Assembly (NCBI GenBank): GCA_973895155.1
Contig: OZ316899.1
Location: forward strand, 14,697,934-14,761,933
Direction of reading: 5' to 3'
DNA: 64,000 bases
From: Marsupella aquatica
Lineage: Eukaryota; Plantae; Marchantiophyta
Positions 11,909 through 25,115 of this stretch are shown piece by piece; position 1 is the first letter of the stretch; every line of letters begins with the position of its first letter. A program made the position numbers and the translations under genes. The notes beneath the pieces were generated by a model. The model made no database searches and had not been told where the DNA came from. It saw nothing but the letters and a program-made list of their open reading frames with translations.

Positions 11909-13869
11909 CTAAGGCACACAGCAGAGGTCGACACCTCAAAGTCCCAAACAGAACTAGGAGATGACATGGGAGTTCCTGTGCAGAACGCCAAGGACGATGA
12001 GGTTGAGCAATTGTTTTCCCGACAATTCACCTCGGGGTTAGCTCTACCGGCTAGAAGGACGATATCAGAATCCTCTGTTGAGAACAATGGCGGAGACGAG
12101 TCTAAAAATAACCCGGCTGTAGGACCACCCGCAAGAATCTCGATTGGACACGAGACGGTTCTGATTGTGGAATATCAACCCAGTGCTGAATCACCAAAGG
12201 GAGCCCAAACAATTGAGAAGGCTGCACCCCTTTTACAGGAGGAGTTGCGGTAGCTTGTGCAGGAAGTTTGGCGGAAGGAGGAGGAGGCGTCCAAAGCTAA
12301 GAAATTGCTTGAGTCGCTTTGTATTCAATTGAGTAAGGTGTCGCAGGAGACAGCCATACTCCAAACTTGGTATACAGCCAAACTGGCAACCGAGAAAGCA
12401 AAGACCGCTGATGCCAACACAAATTTGGTGAAATTATGACATACCAAGCACCAGCAAGTGTCTGATTTGGAACTCAAGTTGGCCAGAGCAGTTCAGGACC
12501 TGGCCAAGGAAAGGGACAACTTGATCCACAAGTTGGGCTTAGCCGCAAAAGAACTGGAGGCCGACAGACAAAAGTTAGAAGCCAAACTTGGGGAGATGCA
12601 AGCTAAGTTAGAGACAGAGGTTGCAAGTCTTTGATCGGAGAACCAGGCACTCCAACATCAATTGCAAAAGGCTAATGAGGAGTTGATGTCAGGAACTGCA
12701 GAGAGACAGGCTTTAGGGTTGGAATGCGAAGATCTCCTTGACCGGAATCAGCTTCTGAAAATGCAAGCACAAAATCAACTAAACCAGCTGAAGCAGCTTA
12801 TGGGTTTAGGGTACCTGAGTGTATATAAAGCAAGTTGTTCATTCAGGAGTTGGTATTAGCTTTGATTCCAAGACACTGAACATTGAGTAATGCCACACAG
12901 ATCAGCACAACGTGAAGGGTCAGTTTCATGATTACTATTCATTCACATCTTTTGCAATGTGTTGTCTTGTAGACAGGCATGGGCGAGCCACTCAAACTGT
13001 GGATCGCATAATTTTAGGGATGCGTGGAGGTGTAAAGTGATGGAATTGCCGAGGCTGTTGGGCACACAAGCGAGTGTGGATTGTGGAAATGGGGCGAAGC
13101 CAGCTACAGACGTTCTACATTCAACTTTAAACCCTAAATCCAACATAGCCCGGGGGCGGGTGTTACCAAACAAGCTTGCAACATCTCTCTAGTGGGTTTC
13201 CAATGTTCAGGAGCTGGTGGCCTTCCATCCATGTTTTGGCTGGCCCTGAGGCTGCCTTTCAGCAGTTCATGGACAAAGTCATCATGCGGGTCCCTAAAAC
13301 CCGCCGTCATGTCAGTGGCATGAAGCCACTGGGCTCGACATGATGCCTCGTCATAGATACGCGTTTCCTCAAGCTGGTGCCACAATGTGTGGTTCACAGG
13401 CTGGCCCTGCCTTTTTATGATAGTTCAGGGTCGATTGCAGAATCGAATGTTTTTCAGCCCGAGAACGTGTGCTCTACAAAGCGCCCACAAGTTATATTGT
13501 CCATAGGGTTCCGGATGATTCCAAAAACTTACATTTTGAAGGCCACGACTGTTAAGTACAGAAGGACGATACTCCTTGTTTTTGTGATGACGGCACTTCC
13601 CCTGTGATAACCCTGAACTTCCCCTATTTTGTTGAAGATCATATTTTTTAAGGGTCACGCATCTCCCCAAATTGGGTTCCGAATTTTGGAATTCTGAATT
13701 GATACATGAGTATCTGGTGTACACCGTGCCTTTGTTTAAGGAGGATGATACTACTCCTTCATTTGTTATGACAAGACAGAGCAAATTGAATTTGCAATGG
13801 CCCAAAGCATGATGCACCCTCAACCCTAAATATGAACAATTTCCACGGATGCCTCCTGTGGATACATAC

Positions 13870-14145
13870 ACGCGGCAGCAGCAGTACCAGGCAATACTAG
13901 GAGCACTTAAATATGGATTTGGTGAAATCTGGTCCCCTCCCCCTTAGATATTCCACGGAACATCAAGGTGCATTCAAGCGGGTATGTTGGACCTTTCATT
14001 TCAGGGTCCTCCATCCAAACAAATGCACATCCATTCACTTGGTTTTCATGCTTACTCCGATCGATGATGCATACGGCCAATGTTTGCTAGACCGCAAATC
14101 TGCTTCAGGTTACTTATTCAAATTAGGCGGAGGAGCCTTATCTGC
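13870..14145 (+). pseudogene. Ty1/Copia RT-RNase H junction remnant
   Basis: YQAILGALKY followed by DDAYGQCLLDRKSASGYLFKLGGGALS, matching the Copia RNase H start DADY...RKSTSGY.F..GG.AISW. Confidence 0.7.
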
Positions 14146-15559
14146 ATCTGACACACTTTTAGTTTGGCTGTATGGCCACAAGAAACCCAGCCCGGGGCTA
14201 ACAAGTCACTTCAAAACCGGAGCATCATATAGCACATACACATCCATTTAATTTTACTTTAACAGGGAGCAATGTCTATTTACGATTTCTTGTCCACTAC
14301 CAATATGCACCGTTTCATTCAGCTTATGGATGTACATGCTATTTAATATACTATTGGCTACATATATAGGATTCAGCGAAGGGCATGGTATGAGTAGAAA
14401 ACGGCGGGACCGTAAGACATGAGGATCAAAAGGGGAACACAACCTATGATCAACGGCTGACGTGATAGTCGCCAAATACGCAAAGACAGGGAGGAGCCTC
14501 AATGTAACGGCGTCACACTTCCCCAAATTACTATACATTCGACCCAAAAGGTTCCAATACCCCCTGCGGACTAAAAGCGAGAACGGAAGTGAACAACTTT
14601 GACAGACCACTGGATGGTTCCCCGTCGGGGCTTCTTCACTAGCCGGTCTTATGGAGTGTGGTGCTCCCTCTACAGTGGTTGAACGTCTTGTTTACCTGTC
14701 TGCCATGGTGCCGGCTTCACCGGTTTTTTAGCATGTCGATCGTCCTCCGGTCCCCATTGGTTGTTGTCCCCCTTTCGTGGGCCACCCTGTTGTACTGGGT
14801 CACTTTGAATGGAATTAAATTTGATGTGTCAAGGCAAAAACTTGGATAGACCTCGGGACGACTTTGACGGACCACGCGACGATCGTGTGAAACAACGTGC
14901 AGGGAGTTGCCATGACGATTAGTCATGTACTGGTGTTGGTTGCAAGTGGATGCGTGTTGAAGTGTCGGCACAGCTGTCTCGCTTGTTGTCCGTTGGCTGC
15001 AAAATCAGGCCGGCGAAAGTCCGGCTGGAGGATTTGAACACCAACATACTTCCCCGCTATGAAACCTTCATCGATCTCATTTGATTTTCACCGGCTTTGA
15101 TTTTTCACCTGGCATTGAGCATGTCCGATCTTCACAGGGCCACTATCGGTGTTGACACACAACATAAGAAAGATCTACAAAGCTTTGATCAGCGGCAGCA
15201 ACGCTGCAAGTTCATCCAGTCAATTTCATTGTAAGCGTGGCATGATGGTGTGCGGCCCCCCTTAATTTTGTCGTTAGTAGCAAAGGCATCATTGAGCGAC
15301 CAAAAGCCTACGAATGGGGATGGCTTAGCCACCATCCTAACCGGATCTTTAGGAGTTAATAAGTGTATGTTTGGCCGTGGGAATCATTATGACCAAAGGA
15401 CATGGGGATGCGACACAGTTTCACGCTAAGAGCAGGTCGTCCAAACATGGAAGCTCGCGCCACTTTGAAACTGGCAGAACGACGAAGAAAGCATAAGGAG
15501 AAAGTTTCTCGGGCCTGGGAGCTCATTGCGCGACTTTAGAGTTTCCAAACTCCCTCACT

Positions 15560-15991
15560 CCAAACAGCTCTCCAAAATCACGGCCTGATCCGAATGGATC
15601 GTTGCCTATCAATATATCGGGATGGCTAGTGGCGTGTGCTCCAAGGTTTCTAAGGTGACGATATCACCTGAGTCGTTACGATGGAAAGACCTACAAGATC
15701 TCCAAAGCACAGTTGTGCGATATGTTTGGATTACCAGTTGTAGGGAGGCTGCCACGTCTTGCGTATAAGGTAGAAGCACTGGATAAAGGAGAAACCACCG
15801 CATTTATACAATGGGCGGAGGTTCGGATAAATTGGAGCAAGATTCAATATGGCTCTATAAACAGCAAGGAGCGCCGGAACTACGTCGAGTTCTTCACCAA
15901 ATGGGTGTTGATTTTTCATCACACTAGCCCCACACAACTCGCATTGCCCAAGGCAGTGCCGGAGGGAGTCTACCAACACGTCCAAGTATAG
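15560..15991 (+). pseudogene. Degenerate TE accessory-ORF fragment with a PMD-like motif
   Basis: YDGKTYKISKAQLCDMFGLP parallels IYGKDFYLTPKVIAEVFGLP of the LTR ORF. Confidence 0.4.
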
Positions 15992-16253
15992 AAGGCTTGC
16001 CTATCCGAGACCATCCATGCGAAGGGATGCTTGAGGTTCCCTTCTTTAGTGGCATACAAAGTAAGTGTAATCCTGCACAATAGCTTAGGATTAAAAGATC
16101 CTACCTGCAGGACGACACGCCAACAAACAAATCGGACGAGGAAACTCCCATTTCAGCTCGCGCGACAAGGGACGTCAAAGCAGCAAACCACCACAACAAT
16201 GACATAAATGTCGAACGTAGATGACGATGGATCCGATGATATAGCTGAAGAAG

Positions 16254-16590
16254 ATGAAGAGGATACTAATCTCAGCGGAGTTCTTCAAGAATGAGAACCC
16301 AATAATAAGGTGGGTTAGTGCGGTGGCACCAACCAAGGCGTACCTCTTGGTGTTTGCTCCCACCCACGTTGATGAGGAGACAGAGTACGAAGAGGAATCC
16401 AAGGGAGGAGTATCGCCAAGAAGATATAGTGGCCGGAGAAACACCGGGGGAAATGAACGAGAGGCGTCTCCATCGGCGCAATGCCTGGAGAAGGCAGAGG
16501 CGAGCACAACAGCGTAGGTCGCACAAAATGAAGTCGACGAGGCTGGTTTTTGCTCAGCATTTGGAGCCCATTTTGGGATACCATTAGACC
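16254..16590 (+). pseudogene. Fragment of unknown AGETPG-family ORF (copy 1)
   Basis: ILISAEFFKNENPIIRW..TKAYLLV, then after a frameshift DIVAGETPGEMNERRLHRRNAWRRQRR; matches 19240-19930 and 44938-45786. Confidence 0.65.
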
Positions 16591-17769
16591 CGCCCGCAGA
16601 AGGTACAACTGACTGAGACCATAGAAGAAGAATATTGATCCCGCACATTGCTCCACTTAGCTGATCATTCGAGGTTGTGAGGTTTCATTGTACTCGATGC
16701 ATTTTGGAACGCATTATTTTTGCTCAAATCCTCGTGCGACTAAACAACAGGGACATAAAGCAATTCCCAATTTTGAACCCCTTGACTCCACGCGCGACAC
16801 ATTCAATCACATCTTCCTGGCCTTTCTCCAGACGGCATGTCTGAGTGCCATTTTGACAGCTGCTCCGACAGAGGTTGACAAAGTTCGTATAGTCTATTTG
16901 GAGGATCCGGGTACCTAGGTAGCTTATTGAGATTGCATTCCATTTCCCAATGGCCACTTACAGACGACGTCTATGGACTCGGATTGCAGAGATTGTTGTA
17001 GTAGTTCTGAGGAGGGTAATCGTACTCAGATCGAGGGTGTTGATGGTATTTGTCTGAGCGTACGTGGCTATCAATATCATTCTTTACGTGGTGAGCATTG
17101 CCCCTAAACCCTAAAAGGAACGGATGACAGCCACAGCTTCTTCAGTGTTGTCGACTTGCTTGCACTGGTTACTGTAGCCTCCAATATTCAATCATCAAAA
17201 TGTAGGCGTTCTAGCAGGTTAATTAGTTCAATTGGCAGTGTTGCCATGTGTGTTCGGAAATGTGACCGGTATTTTCATTCCATCGGAGAAAATAATGATG
17301 TGCGTTAAACACGTACCCCTACCTAAACCCGGCGATGCAAGGGATCTTTTGTTGAGGTGAACTGGCCAACATTTGTCCATGTCGCTCCTAAGCATGTTTT
17401 TTCTTTTCAATACATCTATATTTCTATATTATTATGTCCGTGACACCCTACAGCTCACCTCAATCTTCTTCATCGACGCATATATATATTCCATTGTTTT
17501 CATCCGGCAATGATTTGTGCCATCACCAATTTGGTTTCTTGTTGACCGTTTAAGGGCGATGCTTTTTTATTAGGTTGGAATGCTATCCATGCACAGCACA
17601 CCGCCGACATGATTTAAATCCAACTCGTCACCTTCATAACAGGTTGGAGTTTGGCGGCAACCAATTTCCACAGTCTCTTGTTGATAAGGGTTGGTCGACT
17701 CATTAACAGGCTTGCCCCTTATCATCACGGAGAGAACAGTGTACGTGGGGGAGCGATTGCTATATTTGT

Positions 17770-17975
17770 GTTATCAATCAGGGCATGGACTACGGCCGGA
17801 ATATATTACTGACACATATATGTTCCTGGATTCAATTCAATCAGGGCAGCCATGGACTATGGCTAAACTACATTACACGTATATATATATGTTCTTGGAT
17901 TGAAATCAATCAGGGCATGGACTATGGCAGGCTGGACTACATATATTACACATACATGTTCCTCGATTCAAAGTT
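17770..17975. repeat. Tandem repeat, ~3 copies of a 60-70 bp unit
   Basis: AATCAGGGCA..TGGACTA..ATTACAC..ATATGTTC(C/T)TGGATT repeated. Confidence 0.8.
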
Positions 17976-19239
17976 GCTAATTTGAATTTCGCACGAGGAC
18001 GGTCCACACGCTAAACTATTAATTACTGACAAACGGTTGTCCAACAACGACAAATCCGTCTGGAGCATCCATCACATGTCATTACACCACATATTGCTCT
18101 TCATCTTGCATGAGCTTCCAGTTTCCGTCATGTTTGGGTAATTTGGTGCCCCAAGCCCTTTGGTGGCCTACCCTGTGAATGGTACGTTTTATTATTGGTT
18201 TGCTTTAGGGTTCAATCCCGGGTTCAATCAGGATTTAGGGTCCTGTACTCTAAAACCCTAAATGATATTAATCGGTCCTGTGAAATTGCTCCCGACTTAC
18301 CAAAAACTTACAGTCGCAATGGCAACGTCTAATAGTTGCATATCATTGGTGTGATACCGAGCAATTGAGGGGAATCTGCTTGTCTGGCTGCTATTATTGG
18401 CTCCCTATATATGGTTCAAGTACCTGCGGGAATTGACCAATCTATGAGTTTTATTATGACGCACACGTTACTTGCGTTCCATGTGTACTCCAAGATTCTA
18501 CGTACTACCTCTTAGGGATGTTAAACCGTAAACTTGTCGATGTCCCTCGCGCGCCTGAATGAATTAACTCCCTCAGCTTCATCTTCAATGAATGTACATC
18601 CAAGATATTCAAAGTCTCCTTTAATCCTTCAATTCTATTAGGGATGGAGGGGGGGAGGGAACTTACAAGTGGAGCACAGGGAGCAACCAACCGAAGGTTG
18701 CCTGGACACTTTGTCCGAACAAGATTTCTCCCTTCATGCATGAATGTTGTATTTGGCTATGAGGACGCGATTCTACTACTATATGATACTTTAACTAGCC
18801 TTTTTTGAGGGCACACCTTCTGTGCCCAGGTTACGCTATAAGCATTTTTATGACAAAATGCAGACAGTCAGTGAGCTCCCAAATCTCACACACACAACCC
18901 AGTTGTTAGGCTCTCCGGAAACGCAAAGGTTTACCAGCAATATATCGGTGGAAAATATAAAATACTGGAATCTCGGGACAAACAGCTTCCCAATCTGTGC
19001 ATGCATAGTTGTTGGCATTCTTGTCCTAGCTAGTGTCACCGTCACCGTCACCGAATAAACTGTCCAAACAGGATGTCTCCGAACACGACCCTCGTTAGCT
19101 ATTCAACAAGGATCGATTATGAAAGAGGGAAAAAAATATCTAACCCATTATGATGAATTTACTGGTAATCCCAACTTTGACAGATGTACCTACTCCTTAC
19201 CTCTCCAAGCATTTTAATAAACTTTTTTTTAAGTGTGGT

Positions 19240-19930
19240 CAGTTGTCTCTACTATTGTACGCTCGCCTGCCTCAATCAATGGGAGACCAAATTGCGCTGC
19301 AAAAGCTGCATTGAAGCCAACTTTATGTTCCTCGCGTTAATTCTGAATGCATGCAGCTGCGCGCGCCCACCTGCGACGTCTCCATGCGTTTTGCTCAAGA
19401 AGGCGTCTCTCATTTGTTTAATTTCACCCGGGGTTTCTCCAGCACCGAGAACATCTCCTTCCCAGTATTCCTCAAAAGTCCCCGCTTCTCATTCTCGTTT
19501 GATCTGAATTTCATCATGAATGGTGTCGCGGGTGGGGGGGTGGGTGGGGGGCAGACCTAGAGCTGCGCCTTGGTTAACGCTGGCTCACTTTCCCATCTGA
19601 GCATCGGATTCTCTTTGGAAACTTCTGCCGAGATTAGCAAACTGTAAAGCCTGGCCCTAATTCATCTCTCCCCCATCCATGCCTACATCCGCTTCGACGG
19701 CCCTTCCTCATTTGTCCACTGTTTGTACCAATGTGCTCGCGTAAATAACAGTAGCATTTCATGTGGTGATCGAGGGTCCTTTGGCATTCTACTAAGTAAC
19801 ACTGATGCCGCATATATGTGGACATCCCTAACACACTGCCGTATTTCATCAAGGAACGGCGGGATGGTCCGAATCGTGTCTAGCCTGGGCGTGTGTACTC
19901 TAATCCCAGGATTGTGGTGCCATATCGATT
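19240..19930 (-). pseudogene. Fragment of unknown AGETPG-family ORF (copy 2); may extend toward ~21430
   Basis: Minus-strand translation gives SIWHHNPGIRV, LLISAEVSKENPMLRW..TKAQL and GAGETPGE..NAWRRRR across frameshifts. Confidence 0.65.
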
Positions 19931-22769
19931 AATACCCCAACCGTTGGTACGCCTTTCTCGATTGTCATATATATGCCATGTACTTATCACAGGACAGAAC
20001 TTGGAACACATTAATGAAATCACGGGGAGGTGACCGTACGTACGGTCCACATACAGCAAGGCTAGCGAGCTGGGCCAAAATCACTTCCCAGCACTCTAAA
20101 ATTTTGTACACTAGCTTCTAACCATCTAACTACATTGTCGGCACGTCGAAGTCACGACCTCAAAAAAAAGCTCTCGATCTTCTTCCCACACGTAATTTTC
20201 TGCGTCCTCCAGATTGAAGGGGAACTCGGTGGTTTGCGTGAGCTCTCCAATCCTTGGCAGGCTACAGCCAGCGGCAGGATTGATCCCTTTTCAATTTTTC
20301 ATAATACTCCCAAGCTTCATGTCTAATTAGCATGGGGGAGGATTGGTAGATGTACAAAACTCATCCACCCACTGCTGGATACTGCAATATATGTGGGTGG
20401 TGTAAAAATGAAAGGACTGAAGACCACGTACATGTCGTGCCGCAATGTCGTTAGTTGCATTCCACTCTGCTGCTTAAATAATTAAAAAGAGGTTGATCAT
20501 TTGGGGCAGCGTACGTACTTCCCACGGACTTTTCATTTTCCCCAATTCAACTTTCCAACACAAGGGGTACCACTAGACCGGATTATTTTCCTATGGAGTC
20601 CGGGGCTATTATATTGAACTTATGAATGATTGTGCCTCCTCGGAACGTCGATCCGGGTACCGATGATCTCCATGTACTAGAACTGTCAGGTATAATTGAG
20701 GGTTGGCAGGGTGTTCTATCTCTAATTCCAATTAATAATACACGGAAATTGCGTGAGTCCGGTACTTGCCTTTGGGTACTCGATATTGTGGATTGTAAGG
20801 GGTATTACATACATAATCCAGTCAAGGTTTCCTGGTCGAATGGCGCGTTTATTGTTAATTCTTGCACCCGACGGAATGATGTGTAGGGTCTCCAACCCAT
20901 TGCCTCATCCGCTTCAATTGATCGTCGTCAGAACGCCCACCCGCTGGACTGATCGAAGAAGCCCTTTCGGGAATAGAATGCTCACCAGTTGGACTTTCTT
21001 TGCTTACGTTGATCGGGTCTTCCAGCGCTTGTGCTAGTATATTGGCTGCAATGGCAGCCTCCGCCCTTAGTTAACACCTGTACTTGGAATATCCCAAGCT
21101 TTGTACCGAACATATTAATTTAATGTTATTGCTGGACCAGTTCGTTCCCAGCTATGTACTTCCCTCAATCACTTCTCCATTTCTTTATCTCTCCTCTATG
21201 CACTCTCCGCGAGGGCGACAATTAAGTGTAAGCACTCTTCTCCTCCAGCTGCTGGCGGAGTCCTTTGCACTGAACTTCATCCCGATGGAACTTTTGTTCC
21301 TACTCCAACATCTCCATCCTTGCCGTGCTCTCCATGGAACCTTTGTTCCTATACTCCCATGGCGGCTGCAAACGTCCCCTTTCTCCGTCGCAGCTAGCAG
21401 AATGGCGATCATCTCTTGCCGATGCTGGACTGGTAAGTGACCTTATTGGCATAGTCGACGCTACAAACGCTTTAATCATTCTTTTGTCGGTGGATGGCGT
21501 GGGTGATTATAAACGCCAGCATGGCAAAGTCGCTCTGCTTGGTTGCATTGCCTGGCCGAGTGGATAAGCTGCTTCTCACCACGAGTGCACCGGTGGCATT
21601 TCGGTGCACCGTGCTCTTCGGACTGAAAACACCAAACAAACAAAAAAACTGCATTTTGCGACTATTTGGATCAGTCCTTAAGTACCGGTCCGCACAAAAC
21701 AGAGGCTCTACACGAGAGCCGCATATCCCGGGTCAAAATTGAATTTAGGGACAAAGTCCGCTTAGGTTTAAGGTGTATGGTTGCTGTTTTTCAGTTAGTG
21801 GACAGTTATGGGCTATTTCTGCCCCTTCAGAGTTGAGGGTGTCTGCACAAAGACTCTAGAGAGCCTGAAAACCGGGGGGTGTGTGGTGTTGAGCAGGGCA
21901 TGGGTTCAGTTGGGCCGGAGCCAAAGAACAGATACCATCAGGGTGAATGGTGCCATGGTATGATGCCATGAGAGTTTGCAACTGAGGTAGCTGCACTATC
22001 CGGGCTCCTTATCAGTTGACGTTTTGAGGTTGGGGGCGAATGGACTTCCTTCTTTATTACTCTCCAACACCATGTCACCTTGGATGTTTGAGAGGGGGTG
22101 GTCCCCTCATATATACTACTTGAACCACAACCCATGCGTGTTTGAGTTCCTAAATCTGGTGGGAAGTACAACCGAGTCTGGGAGTCGGAACCCGGTCTCC
22201 ATCGGTGTGACTCTCATTACAGATGGGACCCCGGGGCCTATTTGCACCCCAATAACTCCGGGCCGTCTGGACCGTCTCAGGAAGTCGGTTTGTAGGGTTT
22301 GGGGTTTGTGTACGGGGGGATGTCCCTGCTTCCCTCTCCCTTGTTGCTCCTTTGTCGTTGATCGTCTCTCCATCATGGATCCTTTGTCGCGGATCGCGTC
22401 TCCATCGGTGCTGACTTAGTCTCCTTGGTCTCTCCCTTGGTTGCCTCTACCTCCTTCATAGGGGTCGTGTGGGGCAGCTCACGGTCGTCAGCATAGCCGC
22501 ACAGGGCCGCCGGGCAGGGTGACCTCTCCCACCCTAATAATAATATTTTATTATTAAAAGCCGCTCCCTCCCTCCTCATATATGTGTGGCGCCGTGGCGG
22601 GGAGGCGGGCTTGTTGCTCCCTCCCTTGTTGGTGGGAGGGAGCAACATTATTATTATTACTAGAACTAGAATCAAGCTCAATACTCGTGCGTTGCACAAA
22701 AGAAGTTTAGGGTTTGTGGTATGCATCCCTGTTCGTGGTATGCATCAGAGTTCATCCCTTTGTGTTTTG

Positions 22770-23603
22770 CATGGCCGTGGCAGGGAGCCACAACGAAGAA
22801 GGGAAGGGTTTAGGGAAAACCCCTTAACCCGTAAACACAAAACCCTAACTGCCAAGTGGGAAGGTTGAGTGGTGCCCTGGATTGATACCATCAGGGCTCG
22901 TGATGAGATTGCTGCACTATGCGGGGTTCTGATCATGACTTGACATTTCGAGAATGACAGGATTGGAGTTATCCCTTTGTGTGTGCAAGGCCGGGGCAGG
23001 GAGCCATGACAAAGAAGGTAAGGGTTTAGGGAAAACCCCTAAACACGTAACCACGGAACCCTAACCGCCAGGAAGGCTGAGGGGTGCCCTGGTTTTCTGC
23101 CATGAATGGAGTTTGAGGTAATTCCAGGTTCGGGCAACACAAATAAACATTAAACTCCGGGCGGGTGTGTGCTGGCCAGCCGCACAGGGAGAGGCTCTAG
23201 TCGTGCAACGGGGAGTGGAAGAAGGCAAGGGTTTAAGGAAAACCCCTAAACACGTAAACATAAAACCCTAACCGCCGAGAGGGAAGGCTGAGGGGTGCCC
23301 TGGTTTTCTGCCATGAATGGAGTTTGAGGTAATTCCAGGTTTGGGCAACCCTAATAAACCCTAAACTTCGGGCAGGTGTGTGCTGGCCAGCCGCACAGGG
23401 AGAGGCTCTACGCGATAGTCGTACAACGGGGAGGTGGAAGAAGGCAAAGATGGGACTAGTACAGTAGTGGTGCTACGGTAGTATAGTTTTGTGGAGGGCG
23501 TTCGTGTTCTCTAAGGCAAGTGCTGTGCCCATGGAGTGAATGTGGGTTGAGGGTCTAGGGTCACACGTCCTGGTTGTTGTAAAGCCAGGAATCGGGTGTC
23601 ACA
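22770..23603. repeat. Tandem ~200-240 bp repeats with telo-box motifs, ending at an LTR-like terminus GGGTGTCACA
   Basis: AAGGGTTTA(G/A)GGAAAACCCCT..AACCCTAAC..GGAAGG.TGAG.GGTGCCCTGG occurs 3 times; 23080-23225 is duplicated at 23283-23445. Confidence 0.7.
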
Positions 23604-23751
23604 AAATTAGATGGCGGGGAAATGATTGAGTGTTACGGAATTGGCCAGAAAGAGGTGAATCCCGTGAGTGAAGTTCCAGGAGAGGCAGAGGTGAGGCAGT
23701 CCACAGTGGCCGCAGCGTATGGAGAGGCTGTACGCGATAGATGGCAGGGTA

Positions 23752-24275
23752 GGCAGAGTTGGTGCGAGGGGAGTACGGGAAGACGCCGCAGTGCTATCCA
23801 GGCTCCCGAAGCAGTGACGTTTGAAGAATGGTGCAAGGATTGATTTACTTTGTATTTTCATGGCACGACTGTCTTTTTCGGGCGTTCGGGGCAAGAAGAA
23901 CACAAAACTAGGGTAAACCCTAAACCGGAAATGGTAAACCCTAAATCGGAAACGGTAAACCCCAAACCGTAAACGTGAGTTGGCATTTGGAGGATGACAG
24001 GATTGTAGTTGATCCCTTGGTGTATAGGGGGCCGCGGGAGGGAGCCATGAGGAACAACACAAGGGAAAGGGAACCCTAAAATAAACCCTAAATGACGGGG
24101 AGGGAGGGTGGGCAGAGTTGATGCGAGGGGAGTATGGGAAGAAGGCCGCAGTGCTATCCGGGCTCCCGAAGCAGTGACATTTGAAGAATGGCGCGGGGAT
24201 TGACTTGCTTTGTAATGTTGGTTCCTTTGTATTTTCATGGAGGGAAGGTCTTTTTCGGGCACTCGTGGGAAAAAG
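23752..24275. repeat. ~150-bp direct repeat pair flanking 21-bp telomere-like tandem units
   Basis: GGCAGAGTTG.TGCGAGGGGAGTA...GGCTCCCGAAGCAGTGAC.TTTGAAGAATGG at ~23752 and ~24111; GGTAAACCC(T/C)AAA.CG.AAA three times at 23911-23973. Confidence 0.8.
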
Positions 24276-24399
24276 ACCACGAAAAAGACCGCAAAGACCG
24301 CGCATTGCGATCGCTGGGCTGCACAAAAATGTATATACATGGGAACTTGGGAACTTGTGTAGCTTCCCGCAAGACAAGGAGCTCTCACTGCAAAATGGA

Positions 24400-25115
24400 T
24401 ATTTTGGGCTAAGCCTAACTCCCGTGTGGAAGCTCGCCTTGTTGCACGCGGATTTCAACAAAAATTCAGCATCGACTATAATGAAACTTTTGCCCATGTG
24501 TTTAGAGTTTAGGGCCAACCTTACGTGCAGTCATCGCCCTTACTGTATCAAATGGATGGGATTTACATCACATGGATGTCGTAACCGCCGCCCTCAATGG
24601 GACACTAACTGACAAGATCTATATGCACCTATATTTCTTTCACTCAAATGGTGACCTTATCATTCTTATGTTATATGTCGATGACCTTCTGATTGATTGT
24701 TGGTAGTGATCTAGAGACTCACTTGAAAAATCCACTACAAGAATGACATGTCTTGACTACAGAAACACACACTGCTCCTTTTGATACGACTACATAATCA
24801 TTGTCACGCAGTTGGCAAGCTTATATATATCTTCCTCACTCACACTAGACCAGACATGTCTTATGCAGTACCCATCATTTCAAAAACTCACTGGGATTTG
24901 GTTCAACATATTCTACGGTATCTACATGCAAACTTCCGACCATGTCATCTCATTTCTTTGCTCTTTCAACAACCTCCCTTCAAGGACTTATTGATGCAGG
25001 CTTCCTTGCCAAAGAAGCAGTTCACATCCATCAACTTCTTGCTGAGATTGGTTCTACAGCCACTCAGTCACCTATTCACTCGGATTTAGCAACACACATG
25101 CACCCCAACAACTGC
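24400..25115 (+). pseudogene. Degenerate Ty1/Copia RT-RNase H, left part (split by the Gypsy insertion)
   Basis: EARLVARGFQQKFSIDYNETFA, MLYVDDLLI, VGKLIY..THTRPDMSYAV..ILRYL, AKEAVHIHQLLAEIG. Confidence 0.85.

Larger units (their letters stand above)
7037..12859 (+). pseudogene. Decayed homolog of the LTR-encoded PMD-like/coiled-coil protein (7037-8379 joined to 11914-12859, ~760 codons)
   Basis: MTMVNQARHYWGCVLE..KLWEL..AFIGGE aligns to MSNVNQAAYFWGCLFE..RLWEL..AFLGGE; GSGLEKFVWLPW..VVSEVFGL; VSRLAYHLPL. ORF pieces at 7013, 7799, 8099, 11966, 12257 and 12662 are all in one frame, broken only by in-frame stops. Confidence 0.85.
6743..12900 (+). mobile_element. Older, decayed relative of the ORF-bearing LTR (interrupted by solo LTR 8380-11908); boundaries approximate
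   Basis: Starts at a TGTGGTGGC LTR-like terminus ~290 bp before the ATG; contains a degenerate homolog of the LTR-borne ORF; right end and TSD not resolved. Confidence 0.55.

Noticed and set aside
6736-12920. 8-bp TGAAGGGT direct repeat as a hAT-type TSD for the old element
   Set aside because: No terminal inverted repeats inside it, and LTR elements of this family make 5-bp TSDs; likely chance
17770-17975. CRISPR-like repeat array (also considered for 5750-6520)
   Set aside because: Degenerate tandem units without unique spacers, eukaryotic context, no cas genes
23607-24518. 303-aa minus-strand ORF
   Set aside because: Runs across direct repeats, telomere-like units and the antisense of Copia RT; no coherent domain
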